A DNA stretch of 64,000 nucleotides from Rhina ancylostomus. Lineage: Eukaryota. A model generated the notes under the pieces. It did not search any database. It was not told the DNA's origin and saw nothing but the letters and a program-made list of their open reading frames with translations. The stretch spans positions 37,866,078 through 37,930,077 of the forward strand of contig JARFYF010000119.1 of the NCBI GenBank assembly GCA_030265395.1. The letters run 5' to 3'. A program made the position numbers and the translations under genes. This document shows positions 51,456-64,000 of this stretch, piece by piece. How positions within the stretch are numbered: position 1 is the first letter of the stretch; every line of letters begins with the position of its first letter.

Positions 51456-53364
51456 AGGAGCTACAGCTACACATGGCAATCAGATGTTTGAAAGCACTGC
51501 AGCTTCAGGACTTGGGAGAAGAGAAGGTGACCTGTAACAAAAGCAGCATAGATTAATGCAACAACTCAAAGATTCATTCAATTTTGCAACCTGAACCTGA
51601 GAGTAGGTGAGGACAAAAATTTCTGGGTTTTAAAAAGTTGTTAAAAGAAATGTGCAAACATTTGCCTTAGTAGGTTATCCATCAAAGGATTAACGTTGCT
51701 CCTTAATGACAACTTGGGAACCCAGAAGGCTACAGTGAATTGTGGCAAATGCTATTTTTTCCCCCAAATGCAGCCTCATTTCACTTTGTTGGTAGTACAA
51801 TGCAACATTACCATATTGTAGAACGACAGCTTCACTGTTAAATATGTTAACAAACATCATGTCTGAAGTGCACATAAAATATTTGGTGTGCACAAAAGAA
51901 AGATGGTGTTCTGCCTTCTAGGATTTCACATATCTTCGTATTCATTCATTTTTATAAAAGAGGTCCTTTTTACCATCTGCTTGCAAGGGAAACCCAATGT
52001 TGAAATTCATCAAAGACCTTTGACACTATATGAGGATTCATTGGAAAGTCTTAGAATTGAAGTAAATTAAAGTGAATAATGGATGATAAGTCTAATATAG
52101 AAACATGTTAAGGATGTCCTGCCATTAGAAAGTACATGTTTCTGTTCTCCTTGGTGCCCAAGACAAGGCGATCACAAAATGCAAGGTGGAACTTCACAGT
52201 GCCCTACATCAGGTAGAGTGGTATCAATTTCTGAAGCCAGTGCTTTGAAGCCTAATAGTAGTAAGCACCATCACAAATATAATCAAGGTCAGCCACTGAA
52301 TCTGAGCTTGATGAGCACTGGAAAGGGAGCTTTAGGTGAAATTTTAGGAGACATGACCTTCTGGCAAGCAGCCAGGCTGAAGGTTCATTTGTTACTTACC
52401 CCAGGGATCTTACTTACAATACCCGTTTGTAAACCAACATCAACACTTCAGGAAGTCATCTGACAGTGTGCCACAGAGCATTTACACTGTGGTGGCATCA
52501 ATACAGAGACCTCTCTTTACTTCTGTGCAGTACTAATCTTTCAGAATAGAAGACACGTGTGGAGATTACGTTTTAATTTCATTCATGGAACTTTAGCATA
52601 ACCAGCAAGAGCTGTATATATTCCTCCAAGCTCAGATACAGGCGAAAAGCTTGTTAGGTTTCTTCAAAAAGTAACGTTTCCCAGTGTGCATGTTAGTTTC
52701 CAGTACCATTTTATGTATCTAGATTTCTAAACCCAGTTCAAATCTCCAAGTGCAATGTCAAGTTCTCAGAATTATTAGGCCAACACTTTATATTTCTGTA
52801 GTGTTGTCCACTGTAGATGCCTTTGGTTAAGATGAAAAGGAATGATTAAGAATGTCATTGACTGGGGCAATGAAGACATAGGCTTCCAATCAGCTTTTGT
52901 GGTTCACTAATTTAGGGAATCAGTTTGAGAATACAACCATACCAAATCTCAGCAAGCTTGTTGATGTGCTGTAGATCGCCTGTCAACAGACTGAAGGAAT
53001 CCCCAGCAGCGGAGAACTGACAGAAGCTGGCATGGAAGATGAAGGTGGCAGTCAAAATAATGACACCCATGCAAGTCTGTGCCAATTCACCTGAGGAAAT
53101 GTCTTGATAATACTGAGGGTTGCAAAGCCAATAGAGGCAGACATAGCAAGGACAGAATGACTTGAAGGATGAGAATGTTCAAATCAATGGACTGAAAACT
53201 AACTGAACTGATAGTGAATGTGATTTGGTGTCACTTAAAATGTGAGAAGCAAAATTTTGGAAACAGTATTCTGGAGGGTGGAAGGTAGGAATCTGGGAAG
53301 GAAAGAATGCAGAGGCAGAACATCATAACTAGGAAGAGGTAAAATAACCCTCATTCTGAAATAG

Positions 53365-53722
53365 AAAACTATGGGTTCAGAATACCTCATTCCAGAGATT
53401 TGAGTACATAATGCAGGATGACATTTCTGTGCAGAAATGAGAGCATGTTGAGCTGTCAGATGAGCTGTCCTTAACTGACATTCTGACTGCTCTCTCTCTC
53501 AGGAGGATGTAAGTGATCCTATATATACAGCACAACATTCATCTCTTAACAAATAGCTAAAAGAAATTATCTGTCACTTATTTCACTGCCATTTGTGAGA
53601 GCTTGCTGTATGTAAGTTAGTTATCATGTTTCCTACTTTAGAGCAGTGAATATATTTCAAAATAGGCTATAAAGCACTTTGGGAGATCCCAAAGTGAAAG
53701 GCACTATATGAATACAAGTACT
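53365..53722 (+). mobile_element. Ancient SINE, DeuSINE/SacSINE-like with L2-type tail
   Basis: tccagagatttgagtacataatgcaggatgacatttctgtgcag...ctctcaggaggatgtaagtgatcc (Deu-domain-like) and tail aagcactttggga...gtgaaaggcactatatgaatacaag. Family call from recalled consensus. Confidence 0.55.
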
Positions 53723-54149
53723 TCATGGGCTTCTTTCCCTCCTTATTTCTTAATTTCACTTTTCATTCAATTTTCTTCTGTTGTGAAGTCATTAATTCCC
53801 TGGAGAGTTACAATTTTGAAGGTGTGTAATCAGAATCCAAAGTAATAACATCCACAGTCATTATCGATAAGCTATTTAATGACAGGCCAACACAATAGTA
53901 CCCTTTTACAGATAAGCTCAAATCTGTCAAAGGTTAAGGAAAACAATATGAGAATGATTTGCATCATCTTTCCTTCTCTCTGAATCATTCAAGGGTAGGT
54001 CTTTGATGAAGACTAATGAGATGGAAGGTAATAGTCTCAGGTCAGGATTTGCAAAACACTTACCATTCCCTGCACTTTATCTAATGCAAAACATATCAAA
54101 GTATTTTGACTACCACTAACTGCTCCTTCAAAGCGTGCAACATAACCCT

Positions 54150-54907
54150 GTGATTCTCTTCTGGTGAATTACAGTCTCTGAAGGAAGTATCCCTCTTTGA
54201 GGTCCAGGTCTATAGCTTGCTGAAAGTGGCGATTCTGGTGGATAGATGAGTGAAGAAGGCATCTGGTATGCTTGCCTTCATCGACTAAGGTATTGAGTTT
54301 CTGAGCTGGGACATCATGTTGCAGCTGTACAAAACATTGATGAGACTGCATTTGGAGTTTTGTATACAGTTCTGGTACCTACACTACAGGAAGAATGTGA
54401 TAGCAATAGAGACAGTGCTGAAGAGATTCACAAGGACGTTCCCTGCAACATTGGGCTGTAGTAATAAGGAGAGATTGAATAGGCTAGGTTTATTCTCACT
54501 GGAACGTAGCAGGCTGAGGGGTGACTTTATAGAGGTTTACAAAATTGTGAGGGGAAAATATATTGGATAGGTAGCCAGGGTCCTTTTTTTTTCTAGGGCA
54601 GTGGAGTCCAGAACTGGAGGGCACAGGTTTATTTTGAGGGGTAGGAGGGTAATTTAAAAGAGACCTGAGGGGTAAGTTTTTTTCCACACAGTGTGGTGGT
54701 TAATTGGAATGAGCAACCAGAGGAAGTAGTAGAGGCAGATACATTTACAATCTTTGAAAGAAACCTGGACAGGTACTTGGATAGGAAAGGCATAGAGGGA
54801 TAATGGGCCTAATGCAGGCAAATGGGATTAGTGTGGATTGGCTTCATAGTCGGCATGGAGAGGTGGGCCTAAAGGGCCCATTTTTTTATGCTGTATAATT
54901 CTGTGAT
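54150..54907 (+). mobile_element. CR1 LINE 3' end (ORF2 C-terminus + 3' UTR)
   Basis: MLQLYKTLMRLHLEFCIQFW...YRKNV...RFTR...ERLNRLGLFSLERSRLRGDFIEVYKIVRG, then tail gtgggcctaaagggccc...tgctgtataattctgtga. Confidence 0.92.
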
Positions 54908-55740
54908 AGGTCCTGATGTCCATGGATCAGGTATCCTGATGGTATGGTGTCTCCTCCTCTAATGATGCCTTGTTGCTAGGCATCCAATCAAATTTATCCT
55001 TCCACCTCCACTTATGCAAGTACCACATGCACAAAATATTTATAGGTGCAATACCTACTGGACTAAAGAGCATATGGGGAGCACAAACTCCCCACACTTC
55101 TGGCTTGTTTACACCATAACTATACTATAATAGCAAGTACATAGAACATTAAAAAAATCACCTTACTGGCCAATTACAATACTTTTATTGTATTTGTTCC
55201 TTTACACTGCAAAGAATTTCAAACATATCATCATTAACCAGATCACTGGTTTATATGGGTGCTGTCAACACCTAACTTACAATCAATGGAAATAGATTAA
55301 TCAATACAGAGGTCTTAAGGAAATAACTTGAAAGTAACACAACCCAATTTAAATAGAAAGACTTGTTTCAGGAACACTAGAAAATAAACTCAGTTAATCT
55401 GAAAATAAAAATCAGTCATGGTTTACATCAAGATGCACATTCATTATTAATCACAGAGGCATTATCCAATTACAATCCACCAACTGAACCTAAGGCAGAT
55501 CTATTACATACTTGTACACAAACACAACATAAAGTCTGAGTGTCAACGTGAGATGAAGAGTTTAAGGTAGATTTTCTAGTCTTGGGAAAGTGCAGTCACT
55601 TGTGTCAATTGAGGAAATCCACAAAGCTGATGAATTATTCAAACAAAAAAACATTGGGGCGAAGTAGCTCCAAATATCCGACAACCTAAAAAAATTCTGC
55701 TTATTAGTAAGAGCTCTGAATATACTCCTTCATCAGCCTT

Positions 55741-55888
55741 AAGGCTAGATAAGCATATGGAGGAATTTAAAAGAGAGGGATATGTGGGAGGAAGGGGTTA
55801 GATGGTCGTAGGCAAGGTTTAAAGGTTGGTACAACATTGTGGGCCAAAGGGCCTGTATTGTGCTGTACTGTTCTATGATTCTATGATT
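55741..55888 (+). mobile_element. CR1 3' tail
   Basis: Near-identical to 20575-20720 (tagataagcatatggaggaatttaaaa...); ends in short repeats ttctatga ttctatga. Confidence 0.85.
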
Positions 55889-57199
55889 AAGTTAACTGTA
55901 GATGTTACTTTTTTTTAAACACATGTGATTTTACGATATTTACCAATAGTTTGTGGAATACATTTGTTTTTTTTTGTGTAACAACAGAAACTCAGTGATT
56001 TTTATTGTCTTTTATCAAGGAAAGCAGAGCAGAATAGGAACTATGGCTTTGTCTTATTTTGTATGGTAGGGGAATTGGCTCAAGTGTGTGTGATTTTGTC
56101 ATAATAACCTTTGAAATTCTCAAGGGGACAATAAATCCATTCTCTAAAATATACTACCTGGGGATTGTAAGTCAAGCCCCTGCCCCAAGAATTTTGGAAG
56201 TTTAACATTGTGTGGCAATTTGAGTATTTGAGAATTCACTCTTAAATAAAACAGAAAACAAAGTACACCATACCCCTGGTGAGCCTGCCAACAAGACAGT
56301 AAGAAACACAGTTACTTACTTGACCCTTAGCTATATATGTCTTTTGGATGGCTACATGGAACAGTCCCTTTTCCAAACCATTTCCAGTAAGCCCCAATTC
56401 TTCCTTGGATACATCAGCAATTGCATCAGTGCTGCTTCCTGTTCCTTGTCAATTTCATAAGCCCTTTTCCTCCACAGATGTTGCTTGATCCACTGATTTC
56501 ATCCAGCATTCAGTTTTTTTGTTCCATATGAAGCATCCGCTTCATAGGAGTCCATACCTGGCACCCTGAAGCTTATCCCTTACAAAATTGTTCAATGTAC
56601 CAGTAAGAAAGATATTAAAGAGCAGCACTACTGCTCTTTTAAAAGAGAGATATTCAGTGCATCTCCCGTCTTCCTTTACATAGAGTCACAGCATATATTC
56701 CTGATAAAATCCATGATTTTGCCTATACTTTAACATTTTACCTGTGGTACGTAAAAAGGATATAGATTCTTGATTTTCTGGTGAAGGTTTTAGATGTGAA
56801 AAAGAACAATTTTTTTTAAATGCACCTTCCAACTTATGCTACTGCATAAGTAGCTCTAATGTGTGAAACAATATTTATTCCACAGCAGTAGGAACTTATC
56901 CTTAAGAAGTCAGATTGCATTAGTTTCGAATGTTTGAAATTTTTCCCTAGTCCAGTATTGCCCAATCATTTGGTATTGGAAGTCAGAACGATCAGGTGGT
57001 TGGGAAAATGAGGTTACATGCAAACCATCGTCCTATCTCTCACTGCAGACAGAATGTACATATTGTGAGATCTCCAATGTATATAAATGAGTTTTGCCCC
57101 ATTGCTTTCTCACTAGTCCCTTCCTCAGCCCACTTCTTCTCTCAGAAGCTGAAAAAAACTGAAGTTCAAAGTTTAAAGCTCTAGGCTGGGCAAGACTTG

Positions 57200-59820
57200 T
57201 TCTTGCTTGGTGGAATGTGACCACAGAACAGTCCTGAGCACATGCCAACTGTGTGACATGTACTTTTCAACATATGATACACATCTTCACCGTATTGTTT
57301 CTGACTCTAATACTTCAATGACTCCATCTTGACAATCCTCCACACCCTGATGGTTAGAGAATTTGAAAATTCTCACACTGTTCCCACCTGAAACTATATT
57401 TTCCAGCCTTGTACTTTGTGCCACTACTTCTAATTCCTGTTCTATTCCTCTAACTTTCCTTCCATATTGGGCTGCATGTATTTGTAAATGGCAACCCATT
57501 AGCATCTCAGCTGGGGAATACAGTAGAGCAGGGGGCAGTTGTATAATGAGAATAGATATATGTTGGATTCCATCAGAATGGAGGAATGTGACAAACTGTT
57601 CTGACCTATAATGTTGATGATTATCAAATGACAGGTTCCCAAAAGGTTATATATTGCAAAAAAAGTGATTTCAGAACTTCAGTAGAGGTTTATAATCCAA
57701 ATGGCAATACTTCTGATCATTTAGTGTGGCTGTTAACCAACAAAAAGGAAATGGTTCAATTCTAGCTGAAATATGTCAGTATGAACCCATTGGAAGGGAT
57801 CAGCTGGCTATCTCCATGTTTGGACTAGAGCAGAATGGAGCTGTAGCCTGCAAGCTTGACACTCTGAGCAGTTCTTCACCAGATCCACAAAACATTGATT
57901 CATTCCAGACCAATATATGTAACTGCTGGCTACCATTTTCATATGAAAATTGCCCAAATATTGAGCATGGATGCCCTTCAGTATGCATGTCTGTAGTACC
58001 TTTACATCCACTAATCTGTGACCCTGTGTTAGTTCATGCCATTTTCTCCAAAAAAAATCTTATTACGCACTCCACCCCAATACACCTAGTGCAGAGGAAT
58101 ATATAAACGGATGGTCCTGGCAATCTCATTGGCTGTGTGACCAGAAAACTTTCTCCAACAGCTTGCAACTGAAACATCCCTTTTCTGTGTTAGCTGCTGT
58201 TGCTTCATTATGCAGCTGCAACAACACAGCTGCAAGTAGCTTTCAGGTGCAAAATGCATTACTCAATGGAGTAATCCAGATGCAACAAAATAACCCATTA
58301 TTGTAGTCATGCAGATGGCATAATTTGAATAGCAGGCTTTGGCACATAAATGGGCACCAGCAGTTTGTAGTCCATGATCAGAGTGAAATTCATGCCATCT
58401 AGAAACTTCTGAAATCAAATGACCCCAGAAATGATGATCAAAATCTCTCTTCCCAATTTGCACACAACTTTTCACACTCCCCTTTTGTAACAACTTGTGA
58501 AGAGGACTCAGTATGATGGCCAACTCAGGTAAAAATTTCAGGTACTACTAAAGCATTCATGCAAAGGAGGGAGCTCAATCAAATATCAGCATCTTCTCCC
58601 AGCAATGTCTCTGTCCATCATTTCTGGGGCCTTTTGATTTCAGAAGCTTTTAGTTCGCATGAATTTCACTCTGGTCATGGACTACAAACTGCTGGTGCCC
58701 ATTTATGTGCCAAGGTCTGCTATTCCAATGATACCATCTGCATGACTACAATAATGTTTTTTGTACTTATCTTTATTAATCCCATTTACCAGCACTTGGA
58801 GAATCAAGTGATTGTCTAGATTCTGCCTCCACAAATCACTCAGCTAAATTCCAACTACACTGCTACAATCTGCCAGACACTTCCACCAGAATGTTCAAAT
58901 GACCTAGCTGGGCTGTGTAATCATGAGAATGTCCCCTGCAATTTGTCCATTACAGACTGAAAAATATTCAGGGCTGACCTGAGCCCTATAGGTAACTTGA
59001 TAGAAATATACATAAAATCTTTATGCATAATAATGGTAAGGAAAGCTCTGACTCTCTGGATTCACATTATGCTGCAAATAGATATGAGACAGGTCCACCT
59101 CAATCAAATATTGAGAACCCACCAGCTATGTGAAGAAATCTTGCAATATGAACAGCAGATGTTATTCAGCATTAACAGTTCTGCTCAGAATGATCTTGTT
59201 GCCTCTGCATAATCAAACCATCTAGTTTGCCTTTGGGGGGGTACTATCAAAGGGCATTTCTCTAGTTCTAACTTGGAATTTCATCAATACCCAATTCTTT
59301 CTGACTCATGCAGTTCCTCGTCTAGCTATGGATTAAGGGCAGAGTGAATGGGTCTTGAATGACAATTAATGGGCTTGGTCCCTAGACTAATGAAAATGTG
59401 GCCCTTGTACCCACCACAGCACAGGACGAGTCAATGAAAAGGCACATGTGTTATGCCAAAAGCTTCCCAGACCAACTGGTACTGTGACAACACTAAGGAT
59501 CTCTGCCAAGTCAATATGTAGTGTCTCCAGCAGGTCTCTCCTCGCCAACATTGTCCTTCTAGATAATTGGCCACAATCACCAGAGCTTACTTGCCACATT
59601 CCTGTATCAACTGTTACATGACAATACATCCCAAACCTGCAGGATCTTCCAAGAGCAGTACCACAAAATAGTGTTTCAACTTACCAATGGGGTTGCACTT
59701 GACAATTGTTCATGTATGTCATGACTCATCTGTGAGTGGTCCATGCCCTTGTCAGCCACTACCTTCGCAGAGCAATCATTTATTATAATCACAATAGTAC
59801 TGCAGGTCTGCATCTGCTGC
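57200..59820 (-). mobile_element. Ty3/Gypsy LTR-retrotransposon pol remnant, heavily deleted
   Basis: In minus-strand order: protease VDTG (~59600); RT remnants (~58930-59210); LxPLHKLLQKG (~58500); RNase H end (decayed TDHKPL..xFGP...AxxxLQxW, 58290-58400); integrase remnants (IHxxxxG.F ~57950, SEVLPF for WPEV ~57710). PR-RT-RH-IN order indicates Gypsy. No LTRs recognised. Confidence 0.7.
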
Positions 59821-59834
59821 TGCAAGGAACTTTT

Positions 59835-60750
59835 TCTTTTATTTCAAAAAATAAACTTTATTCATGATTTTTTTAAAAATATAGAAAGGGAGAAAACAGT
59901 GCAAAATACAAAAACCTTAAGATTTATGGTTATTACATTCAGCAGTGTAAAACTTAAAGGGAAAAAAAACCACACAAACACACATAGCACCATTGCCACT
60001 TGTGGCTCCCTGAGGTGANNNNNNNNNNNNNNNNNNNNNNNNNNNNNNNNNNNNNNNNNNNNNNNNNNNNNNNNNNNNNNNNNNNNNNNNNNNNNNNNNN
60101 NNNNNNNNNNNNNNNNNNTAAAGGGAAAAAAAACCACACAAACAAACATAGCACCATTGCCACTTGTGGCTCCCTGAGGTGACATCCCTTTCATTGTTCG
60201 TGGGGCTTCGCCACCCAACTCAGCCCCTCCATGTGCAGTAACAGAAGGAGCCCAGACTGTGGTCCTTCCCCTCCACAAAGCCTTTGCACTGGCTGCACCA
60301 AGCTTCAGTGTGTCCCTCAGCATGTACTCCTGCAGCCTGAACTATGCCAGTCTGCAGCATTCTCTTATAGATATCTCAACATACTGGAAGACCAACAAGT
60401 TTCAGGCGGACCAAAGGCATCTTTCACCGAGTTGATGACCTTCCAGCAGCACCTGATGTCTGTCTCAGTGTGTCCCCAGGAACAGCCCATAGATCAGAGA
60501 GCCCTCTGTCACCCAGCTGCTGGGGATGAACTGCAACACAGACCCCTGCATCCTTCTCCACACTGTCTTAGCAAATCCACAGACTGCAAAGAGGTGGGTG
60601 ACCGTCTCCTCCCCTCAGCANNNNNNNNNNNNNNNNGTACATTGGGAAGTGATACGTCTTCTGTAGAGGAAAGCTCTGACTGGCAAGAAACCACTGATCG
60701 CAGCATTGCAGTTTGTGGAGCATCCTTCCGGGGACACTTTCCACCATAGC
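59835..60750 (-). mobile_element. Tx1/L1-like LINE 3' end
   Basis: Minus strand C*GEETVTHLFAVCG (~60575-60620) matches the CxxxETxxHLFxxC zinc knuckle of L1/Tx1 ORF2; tail atgaataaagtttattttttgaaataaaag. Confidence 0.7.
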
Positions 60751-61284
60751 TTTCCCCATTATTTCTGCTTTTTGAGTCCACATGACCCAAAAATTTCCCA
60801 CTGAAGATGCTTTCTGTAAGTCTAAAACACAATGCTGTGAACAAAGGCAGCCATGCCACCATTACTGCTTTCTTTAGCGTGGCCAACACCTGCTCCTAGA
60901 ATCATGGTTCAAAGCAAATTGCCTAATATATTCAACATTGTTTCCATGGTGAAGGCGCTACACACCCTTCTAAACAATAAGCCCCTGTGTCAAATAGCTC
61001 CATCTTAATTAAATCATCAATCAGTTCATACACCAACTGCTCTTCCAGTGCCTTACTTGAAATTGCATTTTTTCACCAGTGTCTGTCACCTGACCAGAGT
61101 CACTAACTGTTCCTTCTGATCTGGTTATAAAGGTGAGGATTGTGGCTCTCAAATATCTGAAGGTACTGGATTAAAACATCCCTTCAAATTTTTACAATAA
61201 CCTCATAAAAGTCTCATATATTGTTCACTGTGCTGGCAAATTTGCCGATGACCCAAATGCCTCCAGCCCTAGAGCCAGTAACAA

Positions 61285-62160
61285 TGACACAAACAATTCT
61301 GCAGGTGCTGGAATCTGGAGCAATACACAAGTGCTGGAGTAACTCAGCAGGTCAGGCAGCATTTTGGACAGAAATAAACAGTCGACATTTTGGGCCAAGA
61401 CCCTTTATCAGGACTGGGAAGGAAGAGGGCAGAAGTCTGCCCCTCCTCCAGCCTTTATTCCATGGTCCATTGTCCTCTCCTACCGCATTCTTTCTTTTTC
61501 AGCCCTTTGCCTTTTCTACCAATCACCTNNNNNNNNNNNNNNNNNNNNNNNNNNNNNNNNNNNNNNNNNNNNNNNNNNNNNNNNNNNNNNNNNNNNNNNN
61601 NNNNNNNNNNNNNNNNNNNNNNNNNNNNNNNNNNNNNNNNNNNNNNNNNNNNNNNNNNNNNNNNNNNNNNNNNNNNNNNNNNNNNNNNNNNNNNNNNNNN
61701 NNNNNNNNNNNNNNNNNNNNNNNNNNNNNNNNNNNNNNNNNNNNNNNNNNNNNNNNNNNNNNNNNNNNNNNNNNNNNNNNNNNNNNNNNNNNNNNNNNNN
61801 NNNNNNNNNNNNNNNNNNNNNNNNNNNNNNNNNNNNNNNNNNNNNNNNNNNNNNNNNNNNNNNNNNNNNNNNNNNNNNNNNNNNNNNNNNNNNNNNNNNN
61901 NNNNNNNNNCCCTTCCCCCATCCACCTACCATCCCCCTCTCACCTGGACTTGCCTATCACCTGCCTGCATATGCTCCTCCCCCTCCCTGCACCTTCTTAT
62001 TCTGGCTTCTGCCCTCTTACCAACAACGTAGTTCTTCTCTATTGTAGATACAAGTATAGGGGTTATAAATAAACATCTTTTCAACAGACTTTCATCAGCT
62101 CTGTTACTCTTTCCACAGAAGCACCTGGCTTTTACTTCAGATTTCCAATTTCTGCAGTAT
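61285..62160. mobile_element. Inverted Penelope terminal-repeat element (gap inside)
   Basis: Minus-oriented terminus 61285-61435 with a hammerhead-like motif, then plus-oriented pyrimidine-rich repeat flanking the gap and a terminus near 62095-62160. Confidence 0.7.
61379..61416 (-). other. Decayed minimal type I hammerhead ribozyme motif
   Basis: Minus: CAGTC-CTGATAA-AGGGTCTTGGCCC-AAAA-TG-TC-GACTG. Stem I (cagtc/gactg) and stem II are intact; the CUGANGA and GAAA cores each have a G>A change. Confidence 0.65.
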
Positions 62161-63469
62161 TTTACTTTTAAAAAAGGATTTACATTAAAGAAGGAATACA
62201 TGCAAATATGTTTGGCAAAGGCAAGAGGCGACTTTGCAAATCATGGTGAAATATGTAATCAGGTAATGTCTTAACAACAACATTACATAACTCTCCCCAC
62301 TTCCAAAACCAAAAGAGTGGCCAATACTTTTCATACAAACAATATTTGCTGAAATGTTTATATTATTTGAATGCTTTAATATTTAGCAGTTTTTCCCCCA
62401 TTTTAAGACCTGGTTATTTTGCAATGCCAATGTGTTGTTTGGAGAACAAAACCTCTACAAATTAATTTGACCATTTCCAGGATTAAGTGGTAATAGCCTA
62501 TTTAGTTAACCTGTTATTCTCTAGAGTAGAAAACTACTTAACTCATTCCTTGTGTTCATCATAAATACATTCTGAAGTTTGACTGTTAGCATGTCAAATG
62601 TAATAGAAGCTTCTTTTTACTGTCAAAGTAATCAAAGAGAGGTTGAAAATGGGACCTCTGAACAGATGCTGCCCAATCAAAAACCTTAAAGGACAAGACT
62701 GTGTGGCCAGATGTTGAAATGACCTTCGGACTGAGGAACATGCTGACATGGCATTGATTTAGATGGTTGTTGGCAGGGGTTTTATTCCAGCAACAGGAAA
62801 AGCAGAAGGTAAAGAAAAAAAGCTTTCCTGGTATTCCCTTCAAACAAAATTTAGAAGTACTGGTCGACAGGGCTGATGTCTGTCAAAGATGTAGAACTCA
62901 CCATGCAATCCTGCCAGTAGGTATCACATCAAAAAGAATTACTTGACTGAACACAAACATCTTGAGGCTGTGCCAAGCTGCATCCCTCTCAACTTTGTAA
63001 CAGCTGTATTTGTCGGAATACAGATTTGAAATAATTAAAGATAAGTCAATTCTCAAAAGGTGTTGCAATCTTTGAAGATAGTGGAGATGTAACTAGTTGT
63101 ACAATAATTGGTCATTTATAATGAATAAATTCCCTAACCATATAGAAAAAGACATATTTTGATAGGAGCTGAAATAACTGATGGATACCATATAATAATG
63201 TCAGAAGCAAAAGTCTTCACACAAAGCTTTATGCAGTTAAGTCAAATCATTTCTGAAATATCACTATTTTTCTGTGATATTTAACATTACAAAAATATGG
63301 CATTAGCCTGGGACACTCTATTTTTACTTGGATGTGGCAATCACATTTCCAATATACATCATACAGAGTAAATTCTGAACAAGGAAAAGATCCTTGAATT
63401 GACCGATTTGCAATACCAATTACATTTTATAATACCTCATGCACATTTTGTCCTTCTTTGCTGCAAGAA

Positions 63470-63705
63470 CAATCCTATCTTCTCCAGTCCTGGAACCATT
63501 CTGGAAGCTCATTCCTGGAACCAATCTTGTCAATCTCTTCTAAACCCCTTCACCACCCTCCTAAAGTGTGGTGATAATATTCCAAAACACTAGTTGTAGT
63601 CTAGATAATGCTTTATAAGGACTCAAGAAACGTCCCTGCTTTTGTATTCTACGTCCCTATATACAAAACCCAACAAAGCATATACTTTACAAACTGCTCT
63701 TGTAA
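63470..63705 (-). mobile_element. Old CR1 fragment
   Basis: Minus frame RAVCKVYALLGFVYRDVEYKSRDVS resembles CR1 KA..MLGFIxRGIEYKSRE. Confidence 0.6.
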
Positions 63706-64000
63706 CATGATGTGCCAGAGAGGGACCAGAACTGGTGTTACTCAAAAGCAGTAAAAATACAGCAGAAAAGCTTGCCAAATATTTAGACACATACATGTAA
63801 TTCATTCATTTTTATGTACTAATAACAACTAATCACAACCATATCTAACCTCTAACTTGGGTCACTGTTAATGAAAATATAATCAACCTCCCATTATGTT
63901 ATACGTGGATAGCCTAGTTGCCAGAGATTACAGGTGATTAGTTAGTCCAGAGCAACTAACTCTGGACTAACTAATTATATATACTCTAAACATATTCTAA

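Noticed and set aside
52390-52470. Strong minus-strand donor (ggg|gtaagt) as a possible exon 1 end
   Set aside because: Upstream sequence does not encode a P450 membrane anchor with a basic linker.
59956-60182. About 63-bp direct repeat flanking a 100-N gap
   Set aside because: Same overlap artefact; not an LTR or tandem repeat.
61221-62072. Long ORFs in the track (283, 227, 213 aa), and those near 23928-24462
   Set aside because: Open only because they run through N gaps.
1-64000. Prokaryotic systems (CRISPR, operons, defence islands) or an intact autonomous TE or viral ORF
   Set aside because: The sequence is a spliced vertebrate locus; no repeat-spacer array was seen and all TE ORFs are disrupted.

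Overview
Eukaryotic (vertebrate) genomic DNA: AT-rich, CpG-depleted, with several N gaps. The repeat set (HE1/V-SINE-like SINEs, CR1 tails, Penelope-like elements) points to a cartilaginous fish; this is an inference. The only host gene is on the minus strand: exons 2-6 of a CYP7-family P450 that matches CYP7B1 (oxysterol 7-alpha-hydroxylase). Its exons are 26222-26089, 22101-21508, 19730-19524, 12291-12113 and 6802-6512, all GT-AG and in frame, encoding about 467 aa with intact ExxR and heme-Cys motifs. I could not find exon 1, so everything above 26222 is probably a >37 kb first intron. The rest is decayed retroelements (Penelope-like, CR1, L2, Tx1/L1-like, Ty3/Gypsy, SINEs) and repeat-free, CpG-retaining blocks that look like conserved enhancers. 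The most interesting signals are: (1) a dispersed family of Penelope terminal repeats carrying decayed minimal type I hammerhead ribozyme motifs, several arranged as inverted hairpins, including an 81-bp-arm palindrome with two motifs back to back; (2) a candidate poison exon with a perfect U1-complementary donor in CYP7B1 intron 2; (3) candidate enhancers, one with an exact TGATTGACAG Pbx-Meis/Prep site. All assignments come from reading the sequence; no searches were run.
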